From NCBI RefSeq assembly GCF_030013595.1, contig NZ_CP122769.1: a stretch of 64,000 bases of DNA, one strand, 5' to 3'. Origin of the DNA: Escherichia coli (lineage in GTDB: Bacteria; Pseudomonadota; Gammaproteobacteria; Enterobacterales; Enterobacteriaceae). The position numbers and the translations under genes were made by a program. Positions 62,698 to 64,000 of this stretch are shown here, one piece after another (the stretch's first letter is position 1; every line of letters begins with the position of its first letter). The notes below the pieces were generated by a model that did no database searches, had not been told where the DNA came from, and saw only the letters and a program-made list of their open reading frames with translations.

Positions 62698-63990
62698 ATG
62701 GCTTCTTTAAAGATAAAATATGCTGCAATAATTATCAGCAGCCTCATAGCAGGGGGGCTGATATCGGTTACTGCCTGGCAGTATGTAAACTCATCACAAA
62801 AAACAGTACAAACCGAACAAAAGGCACCGGAGCGAAAGGTACTTTTCTGGTATGACCCGATGAAACCGGATACCAAATTTGATAAACCCGGAAAATCGCC
62901 CTTTATGGATATGGACCTGGTGCCAAAATATGCTGATGACAGTGGCGATAAAAGCAGTGGCGGGATCCGTATCGACCCAACCCAGGTTCAGAATCTGGGA
63001 TTAAAAACGCAAAAAGTCACGCGAGGAATGCTGAATTATTCTCAGACAATCCCGGCTAATGTCAGCTATAACGAGTATCAGTTTGTTATTGTGCAGGCGC
63101 GTTCTGACGGGTTTGTCGAAAAAGTCTACCCCATGACGATTGGCGATCATGTGAAGAAGGGGACGCCACTTATCGATATTACCATTCCGGACTGGGTGGA
63201 AGCACAGAGTGAATTCCTTCTGTTATCCAGCACCGGTGGTACTTCCACGCAAATTAAAGGCGTTCTGGAACGGCTTCGCCTGGCAGGTATGCCGGAAGAG
63301 GATATTCAGAGACTGCGTTCTACCCGGAGCATTCAGACCCGTTTTACCATTAAAGCACCTATTGATGGTGTCATTACTGCATTTGACCTGCGCACCGGCA
63401 TGAATATTTCGAAAGATAAGGTGGTGGCTCAGATTCAGGGAATGGACCCGGTCTGGATCAGCGCTGCAGTGCCAGAATCTATTGCCTATCTGCTGAAAGA
63501 TACGTCGCAGTTTGAAATTTCGGTACCGGCTTATCCGGATAAAACATTCCATGTCGAAAAATGGAATATTCTTCCCAGCGTGGATCAGACAACCCGTACG
63601 CTTCAGGTCCGTCTCCAGGTTTCTAATAAGGATGAGTTTCTCAAGCCGGGCATGAATGCCTATCTGAAACTGAATACCAGAAGCCAGGAGATGCTGCTGA
63701 TACCAAGCCAGGCCGTTATCGATACCGGCAAAGAACAGCGCGTGATTACTGTTGATGATGAAGGCAAGTTTGTGCCGAAACAGATCCACGTTCTGCATGA
63801 GTCACAGCAACAGTCCGGCATCGGCTCCGGCCTGAATGAAGGCGATACCGTGGTGGTCAGTGGCCTGTTCCTCATTGACTCTGAAGCCAATATTACGGGC
63901 GCACTGGAACGTATGCGCCACCCTGAAAAAACAGAAAGCAGTATGCCAGCAATGTCTGACCAGCCTGTAAATATGCATTCAGGGCACTGA
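62698..63990 (+). CDS. silB: SilB membrane fusion protein (CusB-like)
   Basis: 430 aa; N-terminal TM anchor. Confidence 0.9.
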   Translation: MASLKIKYAAIIISSLIAGGLISVTAWQYVNSSQKTVQTEQKAPERKVLFWYDPMKPDTKFDKPGKSPFMDMDLVPKYADDSGDKSSGGIRIDPTQVQNLGLKTQKVTRGMLNYSQTIPANVSYNEYQFVIVQARSDGFVEKVYPMTIGDHVKKGTPLIDITIPDWVEAQSEFLLLSSTGGTSTQIKGVLERLRLAGMPEEDIQRLRSTRSIQTRFTIKAPIDGVITAFDLRTGMNISKDKVVAQIQGMDPVWISAAVPESIAYLLKDTSQFEISVPAYPDKTFHVEKWNILPSVDQTTRTLQVRLQVSNKDEFLKPGMNAYLKLNTRSQEMLLIPSQAVIDTGKEQRVITVDDEGKFVPKQIHVLHESQQQSGIGSGLNEGDTVVVSGLFLIDSEANITGALERMRHPEKTESSMPAMSDQPVNMHSGH

Positions 63991-64000
63991 GGAGACGACG

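Larger units (their letters stand above)
46221..64000 (+). mobile_element. Tn7-like transposon (right end, tnsABC + TniQ-family genes, cargo including hipB-like, OLD nuclease, IS1, sil); left end beyond window
   Basis: Tn7-type end plus tnsA-tnsB-tnsC-tnsD order; sil/pco islands are known to ride on Tn7-like elements. Confidence 0.45.

Overview
This window reads as an IncHI2-type enterobacterial plasmid accessory region, judged from gene content alone (no database search was possible). Left to right: (1) a backbone block with a 5'-partial primase-like gene, a tandem array of five diverged paralogous ~300-aa ORFs (one disrupted by an IS21-family element), a run of uncharacterised genes including a Tus-like protein, a tyrosine recombinase, an Hha-family modulator and a CoiA-like zinc-finger protein; (2) a large tellurite-resistance (ter) island on both strands: a Ser/Thr kinase-FHA + PP2C phosphatase + vWA/zinc-ribbon triad resembling the TerY-P defence system, terY-terX-terY-terW, a six-gene biosynthetic operon (ATP-grasp, PRTase, HAD, PRTase/StiP-like, HpcH/CitE-like, DUF4236-like), and terZABCDE plus terF; (3) small ORFs, a hipBA toxin-antitoxin with four phased operators, and an HNH nuclease; (4) an IS1 copy without target duplication that truncates a small secreted-protein gene; (5) a Tn7-like element (recognisable right end, tnsABC, two TniQ-family genes) carrying an orphan hipB paralogue, a frameshifted OLD-family nuclease, a second IS1 with an 8-bp target duplication, a DUF305 gene and the start of the sil silver/copper cluster (silE, silRS, silCFB) with SilR/CusR-type boxes. 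No rRNA, tRNA or CRISPR array was seen. The most interesting candidates for undescribed biology are the five-paralogue array, the uncharacterised block at 9.4-14 kb, the TerY-P-like signalling triad with its CoiA-like neighbour, and the Tn7-like defence cargo.
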